Assembly: GCA_964016885.1 (NCBI GenBank)
Contig: OZ024757.1
Location: forward strand, 15,376,001 to 15,440,000
Length of the DNA stretch: 64,000 nucleotides
Origin: Eledone cirrhosa
Lineage: Eukaryota
Reading direction: 5' to 3'
The notes under the pieces are model-generated. The model saw only the letters and a program-made list of their open reading frames with translations, did no database searches and had not been told where the DNA came from. A program made the translations under genes and the position numbers. Positions 12,901 to 27,931 of the stretch are shown here, piece after piece (the first letter of the stretch is position 1; each line of letters begins with the position of its first letter).

Positions 12901-15900
12901 TTCAGCATCTCCCTGAGCAATCTAAGCTTCCTTCTGACCAAGGTGACTACAGGTGGAGACAGGTGCTCCCTTCCCATTCAGCATCTCCCTGAGCAATCTA
13001 AGCTTCCTTCTGACAAAGGTCACTACAGGTGGAGACAGGTGCTCCCTTCCCATTCAGCATCTCCCTGAGCAATCTAAGCTTCCTTCTGACCAAGGTCACT
13101 ACAGGTGTAGACAGGTGCTCCCTTCCCATTCAGCATCTCCCTGAGCAATCTAAGCTTCCCACTGACCAAGGTCACTACAGGTGGAGACAGGTGCTCCCTT
13201 CCCATTCAGCATCTCCCTGAGCAATCTAAGCTTCCTTCTGACCAAGGTCACTACAGGTGGAGACAGGTGCTCCCTTCCCATTCAGCATCTCCCTGAGCAA
13301 TCTAAGCTTCCTTCCGACCAAGGTCACTACAGGTGGAGACAGGTACTCTCTTACCATTCACCATCTCCCTGAGCAATCTAAGCTTCCTTCTGACCAAGGT
13401 CACTACAGGTGGAGACAGGTGCTCCCTTCCCATTCAGCATCTCCCTGAGCAATCTAAGCTTCCCACTGACCAAGGTCACTACAGGTGGAGACAGGTGCTC
13501 CCTTCCCATTCAGCATCTCCCTGAGCAATCTAAGCTTCCTTCTGACCAAGGTCACTACAGGTGGAGACAGGTACTCCCTTCCCATTCAGCATCTCCCTGA
13601 GCAATCTAAGCTTCCTTCATACCAAGGTCACTACAGGTGGAGACAGATGCTCGTTACCATTCAGCATCTCCCTGAGCAATCTAAGCTTCCTTCTGACCAA
13701 GGTCACTACAGGTGGAGACAGGTGCTCCCTTCCCATTCAGCATCTCCCTGAGCAATCTAAGCTTCCTTCCGACCAAGGTCACTACAGGTGGAGACAGGTG
13801 CTCCCTTCCCATTCAGCATCTCCCTGAGCAATCTAACCTTCCTTCATACCAAGGTCACTACAGGTGGAGACAGATGCTCGTTACCATTCAGCATCTCCCT
13901 GAGCAATCTAAGCTTCCTTCTGACAAAGGTCACTACAGGTGGAGACAGGTGCTCCCTTCCCATTCAGCATCTCCCTGAGCAATCTAAGCTTCCTTCATAC
14001 CAAGGTCACTACAGGTGGAGACAGATGCTCGTTACCATTCAGCATCTCCCTGAGCAATCTAAGCTTCCTTCTGACCAAGGTCACTACAGGTGGAGACAGG
14101 TGCTCCCTTCCCATTCAGCATCTCCCTGAGCAATCTAAGCTTCCTTCATACCAAGGTCACTACAGGTGGAGACAGGTGCTCCCTTACCATTCAGCATCTC
14201 CCTGAGCAATCTAAGCTTCCCTCTGACCAAGGTTACTACAGGTGGAGACAGGTACTCTCTTACCATTCAGCATCTCCCTGAGCAATCTAAGCTTCCTTCT
14301 GACCAAGGTCACTACAGGTGGAGACAGATGCTCGTTACCATTCAGCATCTCCCTGAGCAATCTAAGCTTCCTTCTGACCAAGGTCACTACAGGTGGAGAC
14401 AGGTGCTCCCTTCCCATTCAGCATCTCCCTGAGCAATCTAAGCTTCCTTCCGACCAAGGTCACTACAGGTGGAGACAGGTGCTCCCTTCCCATTCAGCAT
14501 CTCCCTGAGCAATCTAAGCTTCCTTCCGACAAAGGTCACTACAGGTGGAGACAGGTGCTCCCTTCCCATTCAGCATCTCCCTGAGCAATCTAAGCTTCCT
14601 TCCGACCAATGTCACTACAGGTGGAGACAGGTGCTCCCTTCCCATTCAGCATCTCCCTGAGCAATCTAAGCTTCCTTCTGACCAAGGTCACTACAGGTGG
14701 AGACAGGTGCTCCCTTCCCATTCAGCATCTCCCTGAGCAATCTAAGCTTCCTTCATACCAAGGTCACTACAGGTGGAGACAGGTACTCTCTTACCATTCA
14801 GCATCTCCCTGAGCAATCTAAGCTTCCTTCTGACCAAGGTCACTACAGGTGGAGACAGGTGCTCCCTTCCCATTCAGCATCTCCCTGAGCAATCTAAGCT
14901 TCCTTCATACCAAGGTCACTACAGGTGGAGACAGGTACTCTCTTACCATTCAGCATCTCCCTGAGCAATCTAAGCTTCCTTCTGACCAAGGTCACTACAG
15001 GTGGAGACAGGTGCTCCCTTACCATTCAGCATCTCCCTGAGCAATCTAAGCTTCCTTCTGACCAAGGTCACTACAGGTGGAGACAGGTGCTCTCTTACCA
15101 TTCAGCATCTCCCTGAGCAATCTAAGCTTCCTTCTGACCAAGGTCACTACAGGTGGAGACAGGTGCTCCCTTACCATTCAGCATCTCCCTGAGCAATCTA
15201 AGCTTCCTTCTGACCAAGGTCACTACAGGTGGAGACAGGTGCTCCCTTCCCATTCAGCATCTCCCTGAGCAATCTAAGCTTCCTTCCGACAAAGGTCACT
15301 ACAGGTGGAGACAGGTGCTCCCTTCCCATTCAGCATCTCCCTGAGCAATCTAAGCTTCCTTCCGACCAATGTCACTACAGGTGGAGACAGGTGCTCCCTT
15401 CCCATTCAGCATCTCCCTGAGCAATCTAAGCTTCCTTCTGACAAAGGTCACTACAGGTGGAGACAGGTGCTCCCTTCCCATTCAGCATCTCCCTGAGCAA
15501 TCTAAGCTTCCTTCCGACCAAGGTCACTACAGGTGGAGACAGGTGCTCCCTTACCATTCAGCATCTCCCTGAGCAATCTAAGCTTCCTTCCGACCAAGGT
15601 CACTACAGGTGGAGACAGGTGCTCCCTTCCCATTCAGCATCTCCCTGAGCAATCTAAGCTTCCTTCTGACCAAGGTCACTACAGGTGGAGACAGGTGCTC
15701 CCTTCCCATTCAGCATCTCCCTGAGCAATCTAAGCTTCCTTCATACCAAGGTCACTACAGGTGGAGACAGGTGCTCCCTTCCCATTCAGCATCTCCCTGA
15801 GCAATCTAAGCTTCCTTCTGACCAAGGTCACTACAGGTGGAGACAGGTGCTCCTTACCATTCAGCATCTCCCTGAGCAATCTAAGCTTCCTTCAAACCAA

Positions 15901-16130
15901 GGTCACTACAGGTGGAGACAGGTACTCTCTTACCATTCAGCATCTCCCTGAGCAATCTAAGCTTCCTTCTGACCAAGGTCACTACAGGTGGAGACAGGTG
16001 CTCCCTTACCATTCACCATCTCCCTGAGCAATCTAAGCTTCCTTCCGACCAAGGTCACTACAGGTGGAGACAGGTGCTCCCTTACCATTCAGCATCTCCC
16101 TGAGCAATCTAAGCTTCTCTCTGACAGGGT
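9932..16130. repeat. 76-bp tandem satellite, ~81 copies, intronic
   Basis: Unit cttcccattcagcatctccctgagcaatctaagcttccttctgaccaaggtcactacaggtggagacaggtgctcc; ORF starts recur every 76 nt; a few 75-nt units. Confidence 0.99.
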
Positions 16131-19100
16131 CTCTGTAAGCAGAGAGAGGCATGTGGCTTGGCATCAACCCTCATGACCATCTGGTCCACCAGCACAGCAC
16201 ATGAGCAGCATCTAGGGTAAAGTTTATGAGTCATGTATTGGACGTTTCACCCAAGCATGTGGCCATTGCTGTCTGACAAGTGGAACATTATCATTGATTT
16301 TGGCAAACTACAGGAAGAAGGGTTTGAATTAAAAATAAAACTTCTGAAGCATATCAAAACACCTGAATAATGGTTTCTGATTTAGGTACAAGGCCAACAA
16401 GTTTTGGGGAGGGGAAGGTCGATTAAACAGACCTCTGAGTTACTGGTGCTTTATTTTATCAACCCCATAAGGATGAAAAGCTAAGCTAACCTCAGAAGGA
16501 TTTGAACTCAGAATGTAAAAGAACATAACTATATACTGCAAAGCATGTTGTCTGATGCTTTATCAATATTACCAATCCATCACCCGAAGTTAATTGTAAA
16601 GATAAGAAAGATTGATTTTATTAGCTAAAAAAAAAAATCATTTCTTATCTCAGAATATGAAATATTTACTACCCATTTACAAATAAACCTTGAACTATGA
16701 TTTTATATTTATGGTATATTGATACCAATGTAACTAAAACCACCCCTGGTTCTATGATACAAAATTGTCCTTTTTAAAACCTCCCAACCTAAATCTATTT
16801 AAGATATTTTTGTTTCATTAAAGTCTAAACACCAGCTTACTAATGAACGAAGTTAGATATATTTAACTAAATTCCTCCAGATATTTTCTTAATTGAAACA
16901 TATGGGCTGTGTGTTTCATTAGAAATAATGGTATCAACATTTTATGTAAGAACCTTTGTTAAGATATGCTCCCCAACACCAGCTTAATAAAGAGAACATA
17001 AGTAATAATTACTAAATCCCATTCAGACTTAAAGGCCCTGGAAATATAAACTTCTTCATGCCCCTCTTCCCCATCACAAAGTCATGTAAAAAAATATACA
17101 GAGATACAATTTCATGGTGTCTCTTTGTTTCTTTAATAAAATCATTTACAGTTCATTTCATAAGAAATGTTATATTTCATATTTCCATACAACTTGTGTT
17201 TATAGAGAATAATCATATAAAAAGAATGATTATATACTATAAATATACAAAATATAGAAATCAGGAATTTTCAATTATCTAAGACTGGAATGTGCAATCA
17301 ACTCTAAGATATTTGAGGATGGAGTTTTTTTATGATCAATGATAGAGTTAAGATGATTATAGATTTTTTTTCATTGTAGTTTTTTTTCTCAATATTTTTT
17401 TCTCAATAGTTTTTTTTCTTATTATTTTTTCTCAATATTTTAAGATGTATCATATTTAGTATGACATATGTCACATGGTATCATTACCAAAATTATCTCA
17501 GAATTGATTAATCATTTCTAATTTTGGCACAAGGTCAGCAATTTTTGTCTTTTTTTTTTTGTGGCGGTGGTGGTAGTGGGGGCAGAGGAAGAAGCCAATT
17601 ATATTGACCCAGTATTTGACTGGTACTTTATTTTATTGACCTCAGGAGGATGAAAGGTAAAGTTGACCTTGGCAGGATTTGAACTCTGAGCAAATGGTGC
17701 AGAGCATTTTGTCTGATGCTCTAACAACTATACAAATCCACTGCCCCTATCTCAGGATTAATTAATGCCTTAGAAAATAATATCAAAATACCAAACATTT
17801 TAAAATAAAATACTTTTCATTTTTTTTCTGTTTGGTTTGTCGACCATTAGCATCTAGAAAATGTTTTTTAAATGCTGGCCTCGCCTCTCTATAATATTTA
17901 TGTGGCTTACCAGCCATAAGTAACAGGGGTATGTTTTCAGATGCTGGTTCATCCCATCACATTCTTGAGATATTTGCAGTTACTACAGAAAGATTTATTT
18001 AGCATTTTGTAGAAAAAAATGCTTCCATTGCTCTGTTCATTGTTGATACTATTTGCTAGTTTAAACTCCTGACAAAAGAAAGGATCTAATCATCAGACCA
18101 AGGAAACAATATTTTCATTGGTTTTTTCCATTCCTGATACTGTCTTCCTGTCACAACTCACAGCAGAAAAAAAAGGAGCTGATCATCAGATCAGATCAGA
18201 TCAAGGAAATATTTTCATTGCTCTTAGTCTGTCACAACTCTTGGCAGAGGAGGAGGTGGAACTTGATCTCTCAATGAATAGATCTTGCACAGAAATCATC
18301 CCAACTGACTTAATAATTCCACCAATTCACCGCCTCTGGAGAGGTACTTTATTTATTGACCCTGACAGAATGAAAGTCAAAGATGACCTCAGTAGGATTT
18401 AAACCAAGAATACAGTGAACAGGAATACTATACTGTGACATTTAATCTGACACTCTAATGACCCTGTCAGTTTGCTGCCTTGTGGAATACAACATTAAAA
18501 TATTGAGAAATTGAAATAAAAATAAAGAAAAAGAATAAAAAACATGAAAAAAATATCAGAGACAAGTCAATCAAACTCTACCAGTGATAACATGGGGGAA
18601 CAATTTCATGCTCTGATTTTACAACAGGAAAAAAATAAATCACATTTTTGATTTCTTTCCATTCCATTTATAATGACATTTCATAAGAAAGCTAACATTT
18701 CATATCCATGCTTCCAAAAGCAGTCTAGAAACTATTCTAAGTCTTCTCTACAATCATTCTCCAACATCAAACCAATATATGGTATGCTTTAGCATCACAG
18801 CATCACTAAGATATTGTACTAGTTTTTTTTTTTGTTTTTTTTTAAATAGTTGTCTCTCTATTTCGTAATTTAATATTTATCATTTATTTTTCAATGTGGA
18901 AGTGGAAAAGAGGGTGTTAGGGCAGATGGGGAATTCTTGATGCTAAATCCGTTGGAAATAAAAAAAAAGAAATAAGAGAGTTTCTTACCACTAATCATAA
19001 TTATGGGTGTTCACATTAAATATCCCTCAAGCTGTTAGTCAAATACTAATTAATATTTTTGATACTAACCATGGCAGAAACCAGCTCTGGTTCTATGAAA

Positions 19101-19705
19101 CAAAACAACTCATTTTAAAAGGTGCCTATTTAAATTAACACTTTTGATACCAGCCTGGCCCAAAACAGCTCTCGTTCTATGAAACCTAATCATCCATTTT
19201 AAAGGGTTTCTATTTAAATTAAGACATTTGATAATAATGTGGCCAAAACCAGCTCTGGTTCTATGAAACAAAATCACCCATTACATATATTTTTATGTAT
19301 CATATTCATAAGGTTCCTAGCAATAATTAATTATATATATATTATTTGTGTTTATATTTTCATTCTGTAAGAATTATGAACAATTTGTAATGTTATTTAT
19401 ACAACTGTGTCAAAAATCAGCAACAGGTTTGTGTACATTGCTGTTTGTTGTGATAACATTAGTGTCAAGCTGTATTGGGCATGGTCTTTCACTTCTACTA
19501 CAATATCAGTTGTAGGGAGAGGGGATACTTGTATTTATGGGCAATTGCTGGTCTTTCACATAGCTTCTTGCTTAGGCTTGCACCTTAGAAAGGAAGTTTC
19601 CAGGTACAAACCCATGCTCAACCATGACCAAAGAGGGCTTTTAAAATGTTTTATATGTATGATTAGGAGGGCCCTTACTTGCTAGAACAGGAAATAATTT
19701 TAAGC

Positions 19706-19764
<59 letters not shown>

Positions 19765-19844
19765 TATATATTTATGTCAGTTTCAGAAAGCTGGTACAAT
19801 ATTGCACAAAGATTGTACCAGTTTTCTTAAAATTATTAGTCATT

Positions 19845-19880
<36 letters not shown>

Positions 19881-19922
19881 TTATAATATATTATTATTAT
19901 GGTTATATGCAGAATAAATGTG

Positions 19923-19970
<48 letters not shown>

Positions 19971-20545
19971 ATATATATATGTATAATTATTAAGCAGCTA
20001 AATTTGAAAATATAATTGGGGAGGAATAAGAATAAAAAAACAGATCATTGCTTCAGCTTCAGAAATTAAATTAAGCTTAATTCTAATAATCATTGTATTA
20101 TGTATTAGTGACATTTATATTAGGTATTGGTTAGAAGCAGTCAAAAGTTTAGAGATAATAACATTTGGCTGTGAGGTTGGAGAAATTTTAGCAGCACTAC
20201 ATTGTGAAAAGAGGTGTTTAATAGATACATTAATGTATATATAAATATAAATATATATATACATATTTAATATATGCTCTTTTGGGGGGCAGGTATACTT
20301 TATACATACTGCAAGCTTTTCCTTTTCAGCAGCTTCCTCCTGGTTATTAGAAATAAAAGATCTTTAAATAATTTGAAAGAATTCTATGAAACAAGGATAA
20401 TAACCACTTTCAAACAGTTGTGTTTTCTCTGGCTTAAAATAAAAATCTATCAAATTAAATGTCTTTTATACAATATTAAGGAATATATATATATATGAAC
20501 ATACATGAATTTTATGTGTATTTCCTTATAAGTAATTATACATAC

Positions 20546-20637
<92 letters not shown>

Positions 20638-20643
20638 CTATAC

Positions 20644-20674
<31 letters not shown>

Positions 20675-20787
20675 CATACATATATATATATATACACACA
20701 TATATATATACACACACATACATATATACACACACATACATATATATACACACATACATATATATACACAAATACATATATATACAC

Positions 20788-20872
<85 letters not shown>

Positions 20873-20929
20873 CATACATATATATATACATATATATATA
20901 TATACATATATACATACATATATACATAT

Positions 20930-20961
<32 letters not shown>

Positions 20962-20971
20962 GTATACATAC

Positions 20972-21021
<50 letters not shown>

Positions 21022-21089
21022 ATATATATATAGATAGATAGATAAATATACACGAGTGTGTATGATTGGTATGATTGTGTATAGAAGAT

Positions 21090-21477
21090 TATATTAATAA
21101 AAGGAATTCCAATTTTGTCTGATTTACTCGTTTTATTTACAATCTTTTAAAATTTATAATGGTATTATAATGAAATAGAATGGTAGAATATTAAATGTTA
21201 AGTGTTAATTGAACAAGTATTTTCATGCTTTCGCAATCTTCAGGTTCATAATATGTGGTGACAGTCAAGTTTGCAATTTTCAACTGAAAATTGCAAACTT
21301 GACTGTCACCACACATTATGAACCTGAAGATTGCGAAAGCATGAAAATACTTGTTCAATTAACACTTAACATTTAATATTCTACCATACTATTTCATTAT
21401 AATACCATTATAAATTTTAAAGGATTGTAAATAAAACGAGTAAATCAGACAAAGTTGGAATTCCTTTTATTAATATA
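21090..21477. repeat. Long inverted repeat, 193-bp arms with a 2-nt loop, containing a hammerhead-like CTGAAGA..GAAA motif
   Basis: Arms 21090-21282 and 21285-21477, ~4 mismatches; ctgaagattgcgaaagc at 21324-21340. Confidence 0.9.
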
Positions 21478-21581
21478 TATATACATACACATATATATAC
21501 ATATATGTATATATATACACACATATATATATTGTAAAAGATGATTATACGTACATATATCATAAATAATGATGAATATGA

Positions 21582-21612
<31 letters not shown>

Positions 21613-23674
21613 ACATAAATGATGATTATATATAAGAAGGCTGTAAAAAGCAGAAACATGTAACAACATTTAGGCTGCACTATTGCTCCATTCCTCAATC
21701 TCCTCATCCCTCTATCTACTACCCCCTATCATGCATTTGATCTCCTCTCCTCCTCACATCCCTAACGCCTACCCAATGGCAGATGCACCTTTACTGCACT
21801 GCCGGACACTGCTTACTCTCACTCCTTCGTTACAACCATCCTATGGTTGAACATTTTCTTCCTCTAGCGTCTTTTCCACCACAACTTTCACTGCCAAATT
21901 TATCCTTGAATTTACCCTTCCTCCTTGTGCAACCATGCCACCACTCTACCACCAAACCTCCCCCACTCTACCACCAAATCTCACTCCCTTTCCCTAAGGT
22001 GTCCACACTCCGCTATTTAGTAACAGGCCTTCCAAACACTAGTCTTACCTCACCTATCCCACACTTTTACACTCCTCCTTCCAGCCTGGCCATAGACACA
22101 AGCATGCTAGTGTTGAAGTGTGACACTTCTGAAATCACAATGTGCTTGACCTACACTGTAGTGTGGGAGTGCTGGTATCATGAAATAAGCCCCCAGTACC
22201 CCTGTCAAGTGGTAGGTGGAGTACCCATAAGTAAATGAATCTGGTACATGTTGTGAAGTGGTTAGCATTAGAAAGGGCATCAAGCCATCAAAACCAAGCC
22301 AAAATGGAATGAATGAGCAAGACACTGCCATCTGACCTGTCTGTCTAGCTTCAGAGTGTGACATCCCATCTAACAAATGCAAGCATGGGAAACGAACATA
22401 AAATGGTGATGAAGATGATGAATATATACATACACATGTATTCTCTAACAATGGTCAAATTTTGACCGACCTCCTCTTTGGGAGTGGTCACGTGTCACTA
22501 CAGGTCTGAAACTTCCATACTTCTGATGGCAGTGACTGGATAGTATGAGTTGTTTAAACAGACTTTTCCATTTGTGGGAAGTGATCATCCACTGAAGAAG
22601 TACATCCAGCTCCAAGTTATGTAATGTCTGCAGATATTACCTAACTACTGTGAATAATGATTGCAGTTGGAACTATTGTTGACAGACTGAAGCACAGAAA
22701 CTTGTCGACAGTCCAGGTTTATATGATATACATATATCATCACCCACATGTAGTCATTTATCTTACTGATTAACAATGTGTGCAATCTGAGTTTGTATTT
22801 CTAATGTAGAAGCCTTTTAATATCATTGAGTAAGAGGTGGCTGGAGCTGTACTGATTCTCCTCGACTAGCTTCGTAAACCAATATTTAAATCTATTGCTA
22901 TATTTATCACACACACGCACAAGTATGTATATATGATGATGATATATGAATATATCTAACCCATATATCTAACCCATGCTAGCGTGGAAAATGGACGTTA
23001 AACGAAGATGATGATGATGATGATGATGATGATGATATCCTTCTATATATATATATATGTACACACACATATATATATTATATTATATATATTAATATAT
23101 AGTAATAAAGTTTTATACACCCATGGTAGCTATTTCAATGTTTTCAGACAAAATATATTAATAAACACTGCACATATAATGGAATACAATTTGTATAACA
23201 TGAAATACACAATGACATTTTCCATATATATAATTAGATATACAATATCATGCTACCCTTTGTGGAAAAAATCTCAAATTAATATATTTATAAAGCAGTA
23301 TAGTTTACATGAGGCCTTGCTTGTGTGATATGTAATAAATGATAAGATGTTCAAAGCGAATAGAAATATAAAGGGGGAACTGGGGTAAACTGATGACAAA
23401 ACAAAATAATTGTTTCTACTTTTTGGCACAAAGCCAGCAAATACCCAGTGCATTACTGGTACTTTATTTTATCGCCCCCGTAAGGATGAAAGGCAAAGTT
23501 AACCTCGGCGGGATTTGAACTCAGAATGGCAAGGGCTGTAACTCTATGCGTCAAAGCATGGCGTCCGACCCTCTACCGATACTGCCAATCCACCGCCCTT
23601 GATGACAAAACAAAATAATGGTTATAAATAAGGAGACACAAAGCAGGCTTTGTTTACGAACAGCTAGCGAATTT

Positions 23675-23912
23675 TAGGTAATAACGTGTTTATGCCGTAT
23701 TTGACTAAACAGAATTAGTTGTTAGTTTGGGTTTAAAAACCCCTCTGAATGGAAAAAAATAAACACATTGGTCTGGTAAACCAAAGATGTGGGTTTGTGT
23801 CCCATGTACATCAATACTCATCCTTTGTCCATTCAGAGGGTTTTTAAAAAAAATCCTGACTAACAGACTAATTCTATTGAGTCAAATACGGCATAAGCAC
23901 ATGTTACTACCT
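23675..23912. mobile_element. Foldback/MITE with ~75-bp imperfect TIRs
   Basis: taggtaataacgtgtttatgccgtatttgact ... agtcaaatacggcataagcacatgttactaccta. Confidence 0.7.
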
Positions 23913-26776
23913 AATTTATACCCAATATTATGATGATGATGATGATGATATTTCTTCATGTTGTTTCAAGGTAAAGACCTTTTCAAATGAATGCACAAAT
24001 ACAAGGCATTCTGTTCTCATGAAAGTTACCTTGAAATAGGGTTGGGATGACCCTTTATTCATGTCAAGGATATGACAACCTCTCTAGTGTTGGTGATCTA
24101 TATGATAAACATACCCAGCACATGCATTGAAGTGGTTAGTGATAGTAAGGCCATCCAGCCATAGAAAGCCTGCCAAACAAAGGGCTAGGAGGACCCCCTC
24201 AGTCCCCCTCAGTCATGTTAAGGACATTACAAACTCCCTAGTGTTGGTGATCTACATGATAAATACACCAGAGGTTTGTGATAGGAAGGGCAACCAGCTG
24301 TAGAAATCTAGCCAAGCAATGGGTTGGGAGGACCCTTCAGTTCTGTCTAAGGCATGACAACCTCTCCTATGCACTTGGTGGAGTGACCATACATAACTGA
24401 GACACAGATCCCTGGCCTGCTTGGAAAATCAGTGGTTCCACTTTGGCACTGATTTAGTCTATGTAGACCTGTCCAATCAATGCTATCAGGGATGTTAAAA
24501 TGATGATGATGATGAGGATGGTACTTTATTTTTCTCAATCGGTTTTTAAACCTTGTTAGGTTCTTATCAAGAAGTATATAATAAAAATAATAATGGTTTC
24601 TACTATATGCACAAGGTCAGCAATGTGGGGAGAGGGGAAAGTTGATTAAATCAACCCCAGTGCATTACTGGTATTTTATTTCATCGACCCTATAAGGATG
24701 AAAGACAAAGTTAACATCAGCCAGATTTGAACTCAGATCATAAAGGGGTATAACACTATGCTGCAAAACATGGTGTCTGACGCTCTACTGATTCTGCCAA
24801 TCCACTACCCTAATATAATAAAAATAATAATTGTTTCTACTTTTGGCACAAGGCCAGCAATTTCCCAGTGTATTACTGGTACTTTATTTTATCGACCCCG
24901 TAAGGATGAAAGGCAAAGTTAACCTCGGCGGGATTTGAACTCAGAATGGCAAGGGCCGTAACTCTATGCGTCAAAGCATGGCGTCCGACCCTCTACCGAT
25001 ACTGCCAATGATGAAATATATTTGATAAAAACATTATTCTGTTTTGTCATCTTTCTACCCTAGTGCCATTGTACTGGCTTTCCAAACACCTTGAAATATT
25101 TATATCCATAAGTATTTATATATAATATAGAAAATGTTTCTTTTTTCCTCTTGTAGTGGATTTCAGCGTAAACACCATCATCACCATTAAATTGTTGAAC
25201 ATTGTTAATAATATAGCAACAGAAACATTTGAATAGCCATATTTTCAGTAGATTTTAAATGCTTCAGGTGTACATTGTTTATTTAATCAAGAAAAAATAT
25301 ATTAATAACAAAAAAAACAAAAACAAAGGAGAAAAAAAATCAAACAAAAAAATTATATTAATTAATCTGAAGACAAATAATATGTTAATGAGACATAGAC
25401 AATAAATATAAAACATTAGTTTAAGATTTAAAATTAAATAATTTTTCCATTTCTAGAAATTTACTCTAATTAGCAAGAAAGCATGCTGCATTTACTAGTG
25501 TTGAAACTACAGTTTAAGATAGAATTAATTACTTAACCCTTTTGATTCTAACCCAGCCAAATCTGCCTCTCATTCTAAGAAACAATCTTTAGATTAAAAT
25601 CTTCCAAAATAATTTTAAAAGACAATCACTTGTTAATTCATGTTATAAAAATTATGTTAATAATGAAATAATGAAATATGTCTGTAAAGCCTCCAAGTTC
25701 ATATTGAATTAAATGAAATACAATGCAATTCATTAGAAATAGAGCAACAAGAGTTAAAGTGTTAAAGAATTTAAATTAAAATCTGTCAGCATAATGTTAC
25801 AAATCCTATCTTAACAATGAAATAATTAAGATCTTTAGTAAATCCCTCCAAATTCTTAATTAATTCAATGAAATATGAAAATGGTAACAAAAGTGTTAAA
25901 GTGCTACTGTTTAAATTAAAACCTTTCAACATAATTTGATATAAAAACCTTATGTTGCATTATGTTACAACCAAGATCTGTCAGTTAACTACCTTTTCCA
26001 GCCTGTGGCATTCGAGACATTTGGGCCACTAACTGAAATTCTTGTCATCACTGGCAGCTTGCCTAACCAAGGTAACTGGTGATGCTCGTGAAGGCACTTG
26101 ACTGTTCCAGCACATCCGCCTCACCATCACCTGAGGTAATGCTGCGAGCGTGCTGGCGTGCCTCAAAAATTACTAGAGAAGTTTTCCAGTGTTCCTCACA
26201 ATATTGCTATCTTTTGTTCTGGTAGCAGTTTGTTTGTCCAACCCTCTCGCTTGCCTTTATTGTATGTGGTCCTAGGTGTGTGTATTACCTGCTTGTGTGT
26301 GTTTTCCCTTTTCCTTTTCTTTTTTTATTTGTAATATTATTTATACAATTGTAAATAAAAATAAATTATAAATGGTATTTACATGGATCCTGAGCCACCG
26401 ATCTGTGAAACAGTCATGGCTGTGCATAATCAATATTGTCTTAATAATTAAATAATAATTTTAGTAAATCCCTCAAAATTCATCATTAATTAGATGAAAT
26501 AATATGTATTTCATTAGAAATATGGTAACAAAAACATTAAAGTTTTCCTATTTAAATTAAAATCTTTCAACATAATTTGATATAAGAATCTTATGTTATG
26601 CTACATTACAAATAGCATCTTAATTAAATAATTTTAGTAAATCCAGATAGAAATGTTGTCATGAAAGCATTAAAATGTTCCAATTTAAATTAAAACCTGT
26701 CAGCATAATTTGATATAAGAACCTCTTAATAATGAAATAATTTTAGTAAATCAACCAAATTCTTCATTAATTAAGC

Positions 26777-26950
26777 AGACCTGTCAACTCTCCTTATCCG
26801 ACGAGAAGATATCCCTATTTTAGCTCATTTCTCCCCATCTCCCTGCTTTTGCGAAAATGGGTATAACTTTCATTATGTAAAATCTCCCCATTTTGGGGCA
26901 TTTTTTCTCAAGGTACAGCCCATTTCGGTTTTTAGAGGTTGGCAGGTCTG
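26777..26950. mobile_element. MITE nested in a piggyBac-type repeat
   Basis: TIR CAGACCTGTCAAC / GTTGGCAGGTCTG flanked by the direct repeat ATTAAG. Confidence 0.75.
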
Positions 26951-27425
26951 ATTAAGTGAAATACAATATTTTTCACTAGAGATACTTTTACAAAAGGGTT
27001 AATTATGGTGATTAGGATGAAGCTAAATCCACTGATGGCATAAAGACAAATTTTTTTTTTTTTTTTTTCAACTAAAACTAATACTGCTGCTCTAAACCTA
27101 CCAAAAAACAGTGATTCAATTTACAACAAAACTTCAAAGGATACTGAAAGAAAGCAACACATTTTGTCAGTTGATGGGAGGTCTGAGTGTCTTTCAACTA
27201 GATGTGAATTCTATGTGAGTGTCGTTTAACTTTCTGTGAGTTCTATGTGAGTGTATATAGAGATATTTAGAAATATTCTAAAATATACATATTGTGTGTA
27301 TAGAATTACATATGCATCTAGGAATACATGTTTAATTATGTATATATGTACATACAGGTGCATATAGATGCAGATTGTGAATTTGTATGAACATATGTAT
27401 GTGCATATTATATATACGCACACAA

Positions 27426-27457
<32 letters not shown>

Positions 27458-27575
27458 TTAAACATATACACACATTATATATATATATATATATATATAT
27501 ATGCATATATGCACGTGTGTGTGAGGAGAGAGATAAGGATATATAGACTGTTATACAATACATACTACAGAACTT

Positions 27576-27606
<31 letters not shown>

Positions 27607-27768
27607 CACACACCTATGCACATATATGAATATTTGATATTTTTGCACATTGTATAATTAATTTGTTAGATCTAAACCGATATTGCAACCAGCACACAGG
27701 AGAGCGCTGCTAAAGGGAGATAATGCAACTAATGGGGGCTGGGGCGGCAAGATGCAACATATACATAC

Positions 27769-27798
27769 TTCAAGTTTTTTCTTTTCGGCTGCTTCTTG
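27769..27798 (-). CDS. Cav2: Candidate 30-nt (or 33-nt) alternative microexon in II-III loop ((Q)QEAAEKKKLE)
   Basis: ttcttaac..tttttgacAAGCAG tandem acceptor and GAA|gtatgt donor; phase 0/0 like the host intron; charged helical peptide continues the post-IIS6 helix. Confidence 0.55.
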
Positions 27799-27931
27799 CT
27801 GCTTGTCAAAAACAGGTTAAGAAATTAATGTTTTCCTATTTTCACGATGTACTTCCAGCTTTCACCATTAAACGATTTAATAGTTTTTTGTTTTTTTTAA
27901 AATACAATAAATTCATTTACCTTGAACTTAA

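Noticed and set aside
9932-16130. CRISPR array or hammerhead-bearing satellite
   Set aside because: No unique spacers, no cas genes, eukaryotic intron; no CUGANGA/GAAA core in the monomer on either strand.
9990-16176. Dozens of 63-aa METGAPFPF ORFs as a peptide gene cluster
   Set aside because: They overlap at 76-nt offsets and start at GTG; artefact of the satellite.
25060-25255. Minus-strand open stretch (..GDDGVYAEIHYKRKK..) as an extra exon
   Set aside because: No suitable in-frame acceptor, upstream stop, and no recognisable channel similarity.
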